The notes: a model not told the origin generated them from the sequence alone. 64,000 nucleotides of DNA from Eledone cirrhosa (GCA_964016885.1 OZ024747.1:10168001-10232000), one strand, 5' to 3'. Shown: positions 15,316 to 28,479, numbered from the stretch's first letter. Program-made: numbers and translations.

Positions 15316-15924
15316 GGTGGCTGCCAACTCGTTTTCGAGTACGGCCACTACTTTATATCCATGTAGGACAACCCCTACCGATGTGCTGAACAAGTGTGAC
15401 TTTTTAGTCCAGCCAGCGACTTGAAAACTCTGGTACAAACACTACACTTGTGACAATTATTGACACACAGTGCTGGGCCCATGGTACCATGTGATGACAA
15501 GTGCAGAGAGATCTCCAGATACAAAGCAATGCCTGTGCCGTGAAGCTTTTATAGTGAACAAAAGCACTGCACAAAGCCAGTCCCACTCTCTTAACCAAGA
15601 TGATATTTACCAAAAAGAAGAACAAGTCAACATCATTGGATACCATCAGGGTTGCAGGTGTTATATCAGAGTTTTCCTTCTCCTAGAATTCTGCCTTGAC
15701 AAAGGCTAAGGGGTCATCTCTCCCGGTGATTTTGGATGGCCATTGACTCTTAAGAGGTCCTTTGCCCTTTGACAGGTTTTGTTTTTAGTCCTGCAGGATG
15801 TCCAAAGTCACCCGCCTCACCAAGAAACCTTGGTGGGGTTGCCAGTTTAGTCGCCAACGACCCGACCATGAGACGGGTTGTACTGGGATACATGTTACCA
15901 GTAGCACCAACTGGTGACCTGACA
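15315..15924 (-). mobile_element. ~610-bp non-autonomous RTE-derived element, full-length copy 1
   Basis: Inverted homolog of 41786-42392 with the same two ends. It carries the C2H2 finger remnant and 3' hairpin, and is flanked by (TA)n. Confidence 0.85.
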
Positions 15925-15941
15925 GTTATATATATATATGT

Positions 15942-16014
<73 letters not shown>

Positions 16015-16412
16015 CGTACACTCACACATATATGTATATATAGGACACACTGTATAAGCTGACCCTTCCTCCCATTTCATGTCAAAAATAAGTAAGAATC
16101 CAAACCCTGTTTATAAATCAAGGCAGGTAATCAACACAATATGTTTAGATGTTGAGGTTTTGAAATTCTCATGAGTGGAGAATATACTTGTGAAGTTTTA
16201 ATATTTTGATACTTAAAAGGCTTTAAGTATCATTTAGAGTATAGTTTTTGTTTCACAACTCCAGTATGTAAGGATTTTTTACCAATTTCCCACCATTTTG
16301 AAGGCCATATTCATTCAAAGCATATAAAAAAAGAAGAGGAAATACAAATTTTACATCAAAAGTGAAACCAGTGTAATAGTCACCTCTAAAGTGAAACAGG
16401 TGCAATATTCAC

Positions 16413-16648
16413 CACCAGAGCCCATGTCTCACTGCCATGTAACATTGCTGTTCGTATGCAGGTATCATACAGTCTGCCTTTTATTTTTAGAGAGAAACCT
16501 TTAGCGGTCAATAGTGGTATAAGCTCTCTGAACTTTTTCCATCCCGTTCTGACTCTAGCTACTGTTCTTTCAGAGCACCCACCACCACTGCTGATTTTGT
16601 CACCCAAGTAACGGAAGGTGTCCACTATTTCTATAGAACCATTATGGA
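16413..16648 (-). mobile_element. RTE LINE ORF fragment
   Basis: IEIVDTFRYLGDKISSGGGCSERTVARVRTGWKKFRELIPLL...KGRLYDTCIRTAMLHGSETWAL is the RT C-terminal/thumb region of the RTE clade. Confidence 0.9.
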
Positions 16649-16734
16649 ACACAGTTTTAAAATATCTCACAAAACAAATGCATGCAAAAATATCAATTTA
16701 GTACTAGACAGTGTTTCTACAAACTGAATTTGTA

Positions 16735-16957
16735 GTTTCACCAAAAGAGCTTGTAATAATTGTTAGATACCCTGATAGCTTCACCAAAAGACATTGTAGT
16801 AATAATTGTCAGATACCCTGATAGCTTCACCCCCAAAAGAGCTTGTAATAATTGTCAATTACCCAGATAGCTTCACCCCAAAAGAGCTTGTAATAATTGC
16901 CAGATACCCTGATAGCTTCACCCCCAAAAGAGCTTGTAATAATTGTTAGATACCCAG
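16735..16957. repeat. ~43-46-bp tandem repeat, ~5 copies
   Basis: AGATACCCTGATAGCTTCACCCCCAAAAGAGCTTGTAATAATTGT variants. Confidence 0.9.
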
Positions 16958-17191
16958 ATCACCAGATACCATTTCACAGGGACAAACAACATAACCTTTG
17001 ATTGAGTGGAGTTTCTTATGAACCACAATTGAAGGACATATTGAACAAAAGGAACAAATATCGTTTTAGACATCAATATTATCGTAAAGGGGTGGTGGAT
17101 TGGCAGTAGGATCGGTAGAGCATTAGACATACTTTGCGGCATATAGTTACGGCCCTTTACGTTCTGGGATCAAAATTATTATTTATTCTTT

Positions 17192-17283
17192 CATGTTTAA
17201 TATAGAAATGGCTTCTACAGAACTAGATTTCTTTTGAATGAAACAGTTCTAGTCCTGTAGAAGCTATTTCTATATTAAACATG
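17192..17283. mobile_element. palindromic remnant of the 7625/21447 hammerhead-like family
   Basis: CATGTTTAATATAGAAATGGCTTCTACAG...GAATGAAACAGTTCTAGTCCTGTAGAAGCTATTTCTATATTAAACATG. Confidence 0.75.
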
Positions 17284-18119
17284 ATATATTTATACACACA
17301 TATACAATGTTACAGTGTATATATATAGTGTATATACTCGTAGGAAGCTAAGTTTCACCTCCACTTTACAACCTATACAATGTACCATATATTTTGATCT
17401 GAGGTTTTGTAGATCCAGTATAAAGTCACGTGCTGCTGAACACCATAGTTTCATGGAAAGGTGCAACATACAGGAGTAATGTTAGTGTGTATGAATATAT
17501 GAATATATGTGTGTGTGAGAGAGTATGTGTGTCTATATATGTGTGTCTATTTACATATATATAAATATGTATGTGTGTGCGTATTATGTATGCTTGTGTA
17601 TAATCATTTTGAATGGACATTATATATATATGTGTGTACACATTATGCTCTGCATATATACACATTGCACATGTATGAATGTGTATATATACATATATAT
17701 ACACACACATATTCATACATGTGCAATGTGTATGTAAGCACACTATAATTCACACACGCCTCCCACTCCCTTCAACTCCTGCCAACACTGCCTCCTCTTC
17801 CTTCTCCCCCTTCAACACATCATACATAATATGTGGTTGCAGTGATTCTGTAGAAGTTGCAGTGCTAGTCAGCTCAGGATAGCTTGCTAGGAAGCTACTT
17901 GTCTACTCAGCCTGCCTCACACATTGCTCCTACACACACTCACACACACATACACACTCACACACATACACACTCACCCACACCCACACGCACGCACACG
18001 TGCACACACACACACACAATAGCATTCATTCCTCTCTGCCAACTTACAATTCTCTCTCTCTCTCTCTCATACACACTCACTCTCCATATATATCTCTCTC
18101 CTACTTCCTCTGCTGTTTT

Positions 18120-18174
18120 TACTACTACCACCGCCATAACTGCGATCACTACTACTACTACAATTTCACCATTA

Positions 18175-18205
<31 letters not shown>

Positions 18206-18770
18206 CAATTACCACCACTTATTATTATTACCTCCTCCCCACCACCAACATCATTATCTTCACTATCACCTCCACTCCACCATCACTACTACCCACCACC
18301 ACCACCACCACCACTCTCCACCACTACCATCACCACTACTTACTCAAGATTAGGATTATTATATATTTGTTATTACTATGGAAATCCTTGTTGTTGTAAC
18401 GATCCTCATCCATTGACCTTGTTGTAAAGTAACCATTATCACCATTATCACCACCACCACCACCATCATCACCACCACCACCATCATCATCACCATCACC
18501 ACCACCATCATCACCACCACCATCATCACCACCATCATCATCACCACCATCACTATCACCACCACCATCACCACCACCACCACCACCACCATCACCACCA
18601 CCATCACCACCACCACCACCATCATCATCACCATCATCACCACCACCATCATCACCACCACCATCATCACCACCACCACCACCACCACCATCATCATCAT
18701 CACCACCATCACTATCACCATCATCACCACCATCATCATCACCACCACCACCACCATTATTATTACTACA
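18120..18770. repeat. (CAC/CAT/TAC)n trinucleotide low-complexity tract
   Basis: Read directly from the sequence. Confidence 0.95.
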
Positions 18771-19237
18771 TCTGTTAATTATTGTATTTACTGTAGAAAT
18801 ATTTCACAACATTGTAAAACAATAATTTTATTTCTATCAACTCCACAAATTATTGAACACCGTTCTTATTTTCTTGTTTTCATTCCATCTCCCTACTCTT
18901 ACTGAAAATTTGGGTTTCTTTCTTTTAAAGATAATTTTCCTTCGTGAAATTTAAAGCAAATTTTTACTGTTGGAGAATAAAGATAGAAAAATATGGCTTT
19001 AGTGAAATTTATAGCCCTCCTTTCCCGCTGTACTGTCTCCTTCCTTACTGTTTCCTGCCCCCTTCCTCAGGTTTTACTTCCCTTTTTTAATCTAATCTTA
19101 TAATCTACCTTAGAATACCTGCCATACCATATCTTAGAACTTAACTAAAATCTGCAGATGGGGTTTAGAAGAATTATTGAAGTTCTTCTACTTGGCTTCT
19201 CTTCTTAGATTTGGATATTTGGCGTATATATATATAT

Positions 19238-19351
19238 GCCAGATAGTCCTATACGAGCGAGACACGGTCACCCGACCAACCTTGCCTCAAGTGGGACAAC
19301 TCCCGTCTAACCCATGCTAGCGTGGAAGATAGACGTTAAATGATGATGATA
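19238..19351 (+). mobile_element. RTE-type 3' tail fragment
   Basis: Ends AACCCATGCTAGCGTGGAAGATAGACGTTAAATGATGATGAT and is a near-identical inverse of 20401-20514. Confidence 0.85.
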
Positions 19352-19428
19352 CACACACTATATATATATATATATATATAGTGTGTGTGTATCATCATCA
19401 TTTAACGTCTATATATATATAGTGTGTG

Positions 19429-20400
19429 TCATCATCATCATCATCATCACCGTTTTACGTCCGTTCTTCCACGCTAGCATGGGTTAGACGGGTTGTCTTG
19501 TTGTGGGCAGTGTCTGGTCGGCTGACCATGCCTTGCTCATACAGGAACTGATCTGGCTTGATTTCTACAGCTGGATGCCCTTCCTAACACCAACCTCATT
19601 TACAGTGAGTGCTGGGTGCTTTTTCGTGGCGCCTACACGTCCACTTTACAGTGTGGGCTGGGTGCTTTTTTGCCGTGGCACCTCCACGACCACCTTGCGG
19701 TGGGGGGAGTGGGGGCATATTGTTTATATGCTTCAGCATGTACCCATGGGAGGTCGGGTACCCTGTATTACTGCGTGACGCCAGAAGTCACGGTCGTGTG
19801 TCATCGCCTTTGAGAGGTGTAATTGGGTAAGGTCGGCTTTTATCACCTCATCCCAAGTCATCTTGGGTCTCCCCACTCCGCGGTTTCCATCAACTTCTAG
19901 TGCTCTGCACCTTTTTATGCAGCTGTCATCCTTCATACGCATCACATGTCCATACCAGCGTAATCGCCTCTCCTGCACGCAGCATTTGATTCCTCTTATG
20001 CTCAGTCTCTCTCTCAATTCCTTTATGCTTTGTCGTTCACGTATATTACTGTTACACATCCATCGGAGCATGCAGGCTTCGTTTCTCTCTAATCTACGTA
20101 AGTCTTCCACCTTCAGCGCCCAGGTCTCACTACCATGCAACATCGCTGTTCGGATACACGCATCATACAGTCTGCCTTTCATTCTGAGGGAGAAGCCTTT
20201 TGCAGCTAGCAGTGGTAGTAGTTCCCTAAACTTCTTCCATCCTGTTCTTACCCTAGTTATTGTACTTTCTGAGCACCCACCTCCGTTGCTAATTCGGTCA
20301 CCTAGGTAGCAGAAGCTGTCTACTGTTTCTACAGGGCCCTCCCAGAGATTGGTGGTACTTGTTTCCTGTGGCTGTTTGCTTGCTGTTTCAGCACAGCTGC
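19429..20400 (-). mobile_element. RTE LINE 3' portion (5'-truncated): ORF end, ~300-bp 3' UTR, (GAT)n tail
   Basis: VETVDSFCYLGDRIS...KGRLYDACIRTAMLHGSETWAL...ERNEACMLRWMC...RRLRWYGHVMRM...GRPKMTWDEVIKADL...DRDFWR. Confidence 0.93.
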
Positions 20401-20835
20401 TATCATCATCATTTAACGTCTATCTTCCACGCTAGCATGGGTTAGACGAGAGTTGTCCCACTTGAGGCAAGGTTGGTCGGGTGACCGTGTCTCGCTCGTA
20501 TAGGACTATCTGGCAGGTTTTCTACGGCTGGATGCCCTTCCTAACACCAACCACATTTACAGTGTGGAACTGGGAACTTTTTACTGTGTTACCTACACGG
20601 CCACATTACAGCGTGGACTGTGTTTTTTTTTGTCGTGACACCTACACAATCTCATTAGTTTGGACTGGATGTTGTGGTACCAACATAACTTTATAGGGAA
20701 AGGGTGGTGTTGGCGGGAGTGGGATAATGGAGTAGTTGGGGTGTGTGTTTGGTTTGGAGAGGCCTACTGACTCTAGGTTAACTTTGCACATAGGGAAGGC
20801 AGGTCTTCTGTATTACTGCATGGCGTGCAGAACTG
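20401..20835 (-). mobile_element. RTE-type 3' UTR and tail, second subfamily
   Basis: (CAT)n-TTAACGTC...GCTGGATGCCCTTCCTAACACCAACC, with ~48-bp internal subrepeats. Confidence 0.8.
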
Positions 20836-21127
20836 CTATAAAGATAGCTTATAAAATAGGGTGAAGACCCTTAAAAGATAGAAAAAAAAGTTGCCAACAA
20901 CCAGTATGAAGAATTGAACCCCATAGCTTCCAGATACCGGCTAAATGGACGTTAAATGATGATATATATATGTGTGTATCATCAGCATCATTAACATCCA
21001 TTTTTCCACCTTACATGGGTTAGACAGGTCGTCACATTATGAAACAAGTCAGGTGACCACATCTTGCTCATAAGGATCCATATGTCTGTGTGTATATATA
21101 TATATATTTATATATATATATATAAAT

Positions 21128-21352
21128 ACAGTCCACGCTGTAATGTGGCCGTGTAGGTAACACGGTAAAAAGCTCCCAGTCCACACTGTAAATGTGGTTG
21201 GTGTTAGGAAGGGCATCCAGCCATAGAAAACCTGCCAGACAGTCCTATGCGAGTGAGACACGGTCGCCCAACCAGTCTTGCCTCAAATGGGACAATTCCC
21301 GTCTAACCCATGCTAGCGTGGAAGATGGACGTTAAACGATGATGATGATGAT
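21128..21352 (+). mobile_element. RTE-type 3' tail, inverted relative to 20401-20623
   Basis: Direct reverse-complement similarity, ending GGACGTTAAACGATGATGATG. Confidence 0.85.
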
Positions 21353-21446
21353 ATATATATATATATGCATACTACATATATATTGGTATCCCAATGGCTG
21401 AAACTTGTAAAAATGTAATATATGTGTGTGTGTGTGTGTGTGTGTA

Positions 21447-21597
21447 TCCTGGGTGCAAACGGGGGTAACCTCAGTAAGTAAGGTTCTCAATACATAGTAG
21501 AGTAAATACAATGTTTAATATAGAAATGGCTTCTACAAGACTAGAACTATTTCGTTCAAAGGAAATCATCAGGCAAGCCCTGTAGAAGTCATTTATA
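21447..21597 (-). mobile_element. short element with hammerhead-like core (PLE pLTR or retrozyme-like)
   Basis: Minus strand: CTTCTACAGG-GCTTGC-CTGATGA-TTTCCTTTGAAC-GAAA-TAGTTCTAG-TC-TTGTAGAAG...ATTAAA...ACTCTACTATGTATTGAGAAC. Confidence 0.65.
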
Positions 21598-21904
21598 TAT
21601 ATATAAGTGGCTCCACACTATACCAAGAACAAATGTTTCACCTTATGCAGATCCTGGGCTCGGTCTGAATGAAGTTGTATGGAAAAGGAAAAACAACCAT
21701 ACGAATATATATCATCACCGTTTAACGTCCATCTTCCACGCTTGCATTATATATATAATACATTAACTTTGCCTTTCATCCTTCCGGGGTCGATAGAATA
21801 AAGTACCAGTAATACACTGGGTAATTGCTGGCCTTGTGCCAAAAGTAGAAACAATTATATATATAATACATTGAGACGTGAAATTTCGATACAAGTTTGA
21901 GAAC

Positions 21905-22645
21905 ATTTTCACTGGTTCCAGCCAGTTCCAAAGTTGGTATTGCAATATTTTCACTGGTTCCAGCCAGTTCCAAAGTTGGTATTGCAATATTTTCACTGGT
22001 TCCAGCCAGTTCCAAAGTTGGTATTGCAATATTTTCACTGGTTCCAACCAGTTCCAAAGTTGGTATTGCAATATTTTCACTGGTTCCAGCCAGTTCCAAA
22101 GTTGGTATTGCAATATTTTCACTGGTTCCAGCCAATTCCAAAGTTGGTATTGCAATATTTTCACTGGTTCCAGCCAGTTCCAAAGTTGGTATTGCAATAT
22201 TTTCACTGGTTCCAGCCAGTTCCAAAGTTGGTATTGCAATATTTTCACTGGTTCCAGCCAATTCCAAAGTTGGTATTGCAATATTTTCACTGGTTCCAGC
22301 CAGTTCCAAAGTTGGTATTGCAATATTTTCACTGGTTCCAGCCAGTTCCAAAGTTGGTATTGCAATATTTTCACTGGTTCCAGCCAATTCCAAAGTTGGT
22401 ATTGCAATATTTTCACTGGTTCCAGCCAGTTCCAAAGTTGGTATTGCAATATTTTCACTGGTTCCAGCCAGTTCCAAAGTTGGTATTGCAATATTTTCAC
22501 TGGTTCCAGCCAATTCCAAAGTTGGTATTGCAATATTTTCACTGGTTCCAGCCAGTTCCAAAGTTGGTATTGCAATATTTTCACTGGTTCCAGCCAATTC
22601 CAAAGTTGGTATTGCAATATTTTCACTGGTTCCAGCCAGTTCCTA
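21905..22645. repeat. 42-bp minisatellite, ~18 copies, with a 3-unit higher-order pattern
   Basis: Unit ATTTTCACTGGTTCCAGCCA[G/A]TTCCAAAGTTGGTATTGCAAT. Confidence 0.97.
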
Positions 22646-23131
22646 AGTTGGGGGCCTTGCTATGGTATTGCAATATTTTTTTTTGTTTTACTTTTTTCTT
22701 TAGTTCTGAATTTTAAATTGAAAATTCAATTTTTTAATGCCTCCCACACCCATCCTTTCCCTTTTGATTCAAATTTTGGCTGCTTGAAATTCAATTTCAG
22801 TCTCCTTTTTTTTTTTTTTTTCTTTTTCGGTTTGGTTCCATTTCTCCTCAATTCTCTCTCCCGCTTTTCCTTACCCCCCCCCCCCCATCTCAATTTGGTT
22901 TATAAAGGTTGATTTTTATCAATTTGAAATCTCAGATTGTTAACATTGAGAAGGAAGAATCCCTCTTGAGCCTAAATGTTTAGCAGTGTTTCTCTGTTGT
23001 CTAAAATATAAAAATTTGGAAGTTAAGAGGAACCAAACAACTCGTTGATAAGAATTGATCATCTTTTAACATGTTCACCATACTACCATACTATTTAGAT
23101 GGAAGCAAGTGATGGCATTCCTCTCTCAAAG

Positions 23132-23752
23132 TTAACCCTTTAGCATTTAAACCAGCCAGAATTCTCTCACCTCTTTCTGTTCAAACCGGCTGATCATACT
23201 TATGTTATGGTATTGTTCTCAAAATAAATAATATCAAAATCTCATAGATTCAATATTATGTGAGATAATTATGTGAAATAAAATGTTTACCGTGAAAATA
23301 CACTAGTAAATATAGAGTAATCATCATCATCATCACCGTTTTACGTCCGTTCTTCCACGCTAGCATGGGTTAGACGGGTTGTCCTGTTGTGGGCAGTGTC
23401 TGGTCGGCTGACCATGCCTTGCTCATACAGAAACTGATTTGGCTTGATTTCTACAGCTGGATGCCCTTCCTAACACCAACCTCATTTACAGTGAGTGCTG
23501 GGTGCTTTTTCGTGGCGCCTACACGTCCACTTTACAGTGTGGGCTGGGTGCTTTTTTGCCGTGGCACCTCCACGACCACCTTGCGGTGGGGGGGGGGGGG
23601 GGGGGCATATTGTCTATATGCTTCAGCTTGTACCCATGGGAGGTCGGGTACTCTGTATTACTGCGTGACGCCAGTGGTCACGGTCGTGTGTCATCGCCTT
23701 TGAGAGGTGTAATTGGGTAAGGTCGGCTTTAATATAAATGGTAAAGGGTTAA
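23132..23752. mobile_element. piggyBac-like TTAA MITE (family of 37667-37892) interrupted by an RTE 3' fragment
   Basis: TTAA-CCCTTTAGCATTT ... AAATGGTAAAGGG-TTAA. The body matches the reverse complement of 37667-37892. Confidence 0.75.
23321..23730 (-). mobile_element. RTE 3' fragment, highly similar to 19429-19840
   Basis: Direct alignment, with a (CAT)n tail. Confidence 0.9.
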
Positions 23753-24671
23753 TGTAACTGTCTATATGCAATACTTAACTGATCTGTACTATTTAAAACC
23801 CCTTTGATCCCACCATTGCCAAAACAGCCCCTGGTTCCATAAATCATTTTAAAGGGGTCCTTATTTAGATTTAAATATTTCTGTATAATTTTATATACCA
23901 TATGCTAAGTTATCATAGTTAATAATTCTAGTTAAATACCTCAAAATACTTCATTGATTAAAATAGTTTATTTCATTAGAAATACGTTAACGAAAGGATT
24001 AAGGTTTATATAAGAATTATTAACAGTTAGGTGACCTGCATGTAAGTGTCTCTCAAGAGAAAGATAGGTACAATGAACCCTTTTACAATGGTTTCTACAG
24101 CTGGATGCTCTTCCTAATGGCAACAAAGAATACCATACATGATGTTATGGATGTATGACAACGGGAGTGGAGATAATGTATGACAAGTGTGGTGGGATTT
24201 AAGGTTGCGATGTTATGTTGTAATGTCCCAGCTTGCCCCAGGAAACATGAAATTATCTTAGTTGAAGGAACTAGTTAGGAGACAAGTTTGTCTACCTGCA
24301 CAGCACACTCAGCCATCCCTGCTCCTTAAGATGTTGAAATATCTCAGAAAGCAACTGACTTTTTTAGGGCTCTTGGATCTGGTCCCAACATGGCATCACA
24401 ACGTTGACCCTTTTGTTACCTTAATTCTAATAAAAGACACCACCTATGAATTTTTAGTCATTTTGTAAATAATTAGGAATTTGGTGAGATTTATTAACAT
24501 AAGCTTTTTCATTGTTTATCTGGTGTTTGGAACATAACTTAATAAAGGTTCTTACATAGAATTATGATGGAAGTGTTTTAGATAAATATAAACACTTTAA
24601 AACAAACATCTTTGTGACATTGAACCAGGGGAGTATCAGGCAGTTTGGTAATAAAAGACTTACCAAAAATG

Positions 24672-25592
24672 TCTCTATCCTTCACCTCTATCTTTCACAT
24701 CTCTATCCTTCACATCTATCTTTCACATCTCTATCCTTCACATCTATCTTTCACCTCTCTATCCTTCACACCTCTATCCTTCACCTCTCTATCCTTCACC
24801 TCTCTATCCTTCACACCTCTATCCTTCACACCTCTATCCTTCACCTCTCTATCCTTCACACCTCTCTATCCTTCACACCTCTCTATCCTTCACACCTCTA
24901 TCCTTCACCTCTATCCTTCACCTCTCTATCCTTCACACCTCTATCCTTCACCTCTCTATCCTTCACCTCTCTATCCTTCACATCTCTATCCTTCACCTCT
25001 ATCCTTTACCTCTATCCTTCACCTCTCTATCCTTCACCTCTATCCTTCACCTCTCTATCCTTCACATCTATCCTTCACCTCTCTATCCTTCACATCTATC
25101 CTTCACCTCTCTATCCTTCACATCTATCTTTCACCTCTCTATCCTTCACCTCTCTATCCTTCACCTCTCTATCCTTCACCTCTCTATCCTTCACACCTCT
25201 ATCCTTCACCTCTCTATCCTTCACCTCTCTATCCTTCACATCTCTATCCTTCACCTCTATCCTTTACCTCTATCCTTCACCTCTATCCTTCACCTCTCTA
25301 TCCTTCACCTCTATCCTTCACCTCTCTATCCTTCACATCTATCCTTCACCTCTCTATCCTTCACATCTATCCTTCACCTCTCTATCCTTCACATCTATCC
25401 TTCACCTCTCTATCCTTCACCTCTCTATCCTTCACCTCTCTATCCTTCACACCTCTATCCTTCACCTCTCTATCCTTCACCTCTCTATCCTTCACCTCTA
25501 TCCTTCACACCTCTATCCTTCACCTTCTATCCTTCACCTCTATCCTTCACCTCTCTATCCTTCACACCTCTATCCTTCACCTTCTATCCTTA
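24672..25592. repeat. pyrimidine-rich ~14-19-bp variant minisatellite (core TCTATCCTTCAC)
   Basis: Read directly from the sequence. Confidence 0.95.
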
Positions 25593-27322
25593 CTCATGTG
25601 AAACAGAGTTTTATGTTCAAATTATAATTCCACATCCCTTTCCTCTTGTTCATCAATTTAAAATGCATCAAGCGATGGGGGAGGAGTCTACCAAAGAATA
25701 AACTTGAGAATGGGAAGCGGGTTTCAAATTCTCCATATTTATACAAATTAGACAATATAGACAACTTTTCCAAACCCAAACTAAAATTATTGGGAAAATT
25801 CCTCTGTTCTTTACCTAAATTATATTTTTAATCCAAATGAAAGGATCATCATCATCTTCATCGTTTTTACATCCGTTTTTAATCATTTTATATTTCATCA
25901 TTTTTCTTAAATAAACTCATAAAAATTGATAAGTTTTTTATATTTTGTGATTTTAAAAAAAATTTTGTTTTTCGTAGTTTTTCTTTAAAATAATTTCATT
26001 ATGAATTAACTAAGATTTCATTGGAAATGATGAATTTATTAATAAACAACAATTTGAGAAACGGTCAGTACAGCTACATATGGCTAACACTGTTGACTGG
26101 CAATAGAGACATTTGAGTTCTGTCAGTAAACCCATTGCTTTTCTCCATCTTAAATCGGTACTTATAATAGTTTCTGAGTTAGGCACAAGGTCAGCAACTT
26201 TTATCGAGCCCCGTAAGGATGAAAGGCAAAGCATGGTGTCCGATACTCTACCAATTACTGCCACTCGCCTAAAGTGTTTAGTGTTAGGAAGAGCTTTCAA
26301 CCATAGATACAATAGTAAAAATATAATGTACGACCAAGTCATGGTTCCCCAAGCTGTCTAGTCTCCAACCACTAGTGGCATATTCCTGGGGGTACATGAG
26401 GGTACAACTGCACTTCCGTCAAAAATTGTCAGCAAATTTAGTCATTTTTGTTGGAAAATTATGAACGGCTGCTCCTCCAAAAATGCTAGGTGCAATACAC
26501 TTATGATGACAGCCCAGCCATGCCAACCATGCCAGCATAGAAAAACAAACATAAAATGTCTATGATGATGATTGTTATATAGACTTTCTGAAATATATAT
26601 TAAATTGAGTTTTGTAATATGCGACTGTTGCATCAATGTAGTAGTAAATTTTCGCAAAAACCATGCTTATATGTGAAATCTATAAAACTGACCTATTTAA
26701 AGATTAGGCTGTTAAAAATAGTACTTGTTGATGGTTTTCTAGTAGATTTAAAATACAGCAAGATAAGCTAGAACAATTTAGTGAAAACCCAAGTAATTTA
26801 ACCCTTTTATATACAAGAATTCTGTCAGTTTGTTTGTTTTAAACAGCAAATAATGATATTTGTTAGGCTTCTTGTCAAAATGGCTCAATAAGAAGCCATG
26901 TAACTCTTTTAATACTAACTACTCTGAATTTATGATACAAAACTACTCATTTTAACCTTTCATCATCATTTTATGAGAAATGTTTCTTAAGTAATGTTCT
27001 AAATATCTGCATGCTAATAAAAAAAACTTAGTTATTTTATTAAATTCCTCCAAATTTTTGGTTATTTTCAAAATCAATTGAAACACATAGGCAGTATATT
27101 TCATTAGAAATATGGTAATGGAAGAGTTAATTTATGTTTTGGAAACTGGTCAAATTTGGCTGCTATAAACATGTTTAAAACTGTACGTTGTTGGCTTCAG
27201 TATTATTTTAGTTTTGGTAATAACACAGAAATTTATATTTTACTCAATTTCATTGGCATTATATTATAATTACTAAAATATAAAATCTTGCATAAGACAC
27301 ACTACTCTAGTTTATATAAATA

Positions 27323-27719
<397 letters not shown>

Positions 27720-28479
27720 TACATCAACATATCTAACACCATTGGTATTATGAATATTAAAGGATTAAGTCTTAAACAAGACACACCATTCAATATGAAT
27801 ATATCAACATAGATATATATCAGCTTTTATACTACAATTGTTAGAGTATTAAACATCAGACATACCTCATTCAATATCTGTATCAAGATTAGTAAAAGAT
27901 TAAAGATTAGCCAAGACTTTACTGTATATAAATACTACAAGCATTTTAATGCCAATTTTCCTGCTAAAGCAAGAGTTAGCCTTGTGGGCCCCATGATTGT
28001 TTCATACACATCATGGGGTTCTTATTGTGGTACCTTCCTACAACATGCAGGTATATGGTGTACCTATTCTAAACCAGATACACACCCCATGACTCTATAT
28101 GAATACATTAATTTAGTCTGAGTAATATTCTGGATGCTACTGGATAAAATCTTAAACAAGACAAGCTTGAATGTTGAGGGATTTCTCTAAGATAAAAGAC
28201 GGTGATAGGAAGGGTATCCGATCATAGAAAGCCTCCCAAACAAAGGGTTGGGAGGATGCTTCAGTTGTGTCAAAGTCATGACAACCCCTCCTGTGCACTC
28301 GATAGAATGTGAGACCATATATAAACGAGACACAGATTCCTGGCCTGTCTGGGAGATCAGTAGCCCTGCTTCAGTTCTGACTTGGTCTATGTAGACCTAT
28401 CCAACCCTTGCTAGCAGGGAAAACGGATGTTAAGATGATGATGAATACACACTATAGTACATTATTATACTCTATATGA

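Noticed and set aside
21763-22912. Five overlapping 14-aa-repeat ORFs
   Set aside because: They follow from a 42-bp unit lacking stops; there is no domain or splice evidence.
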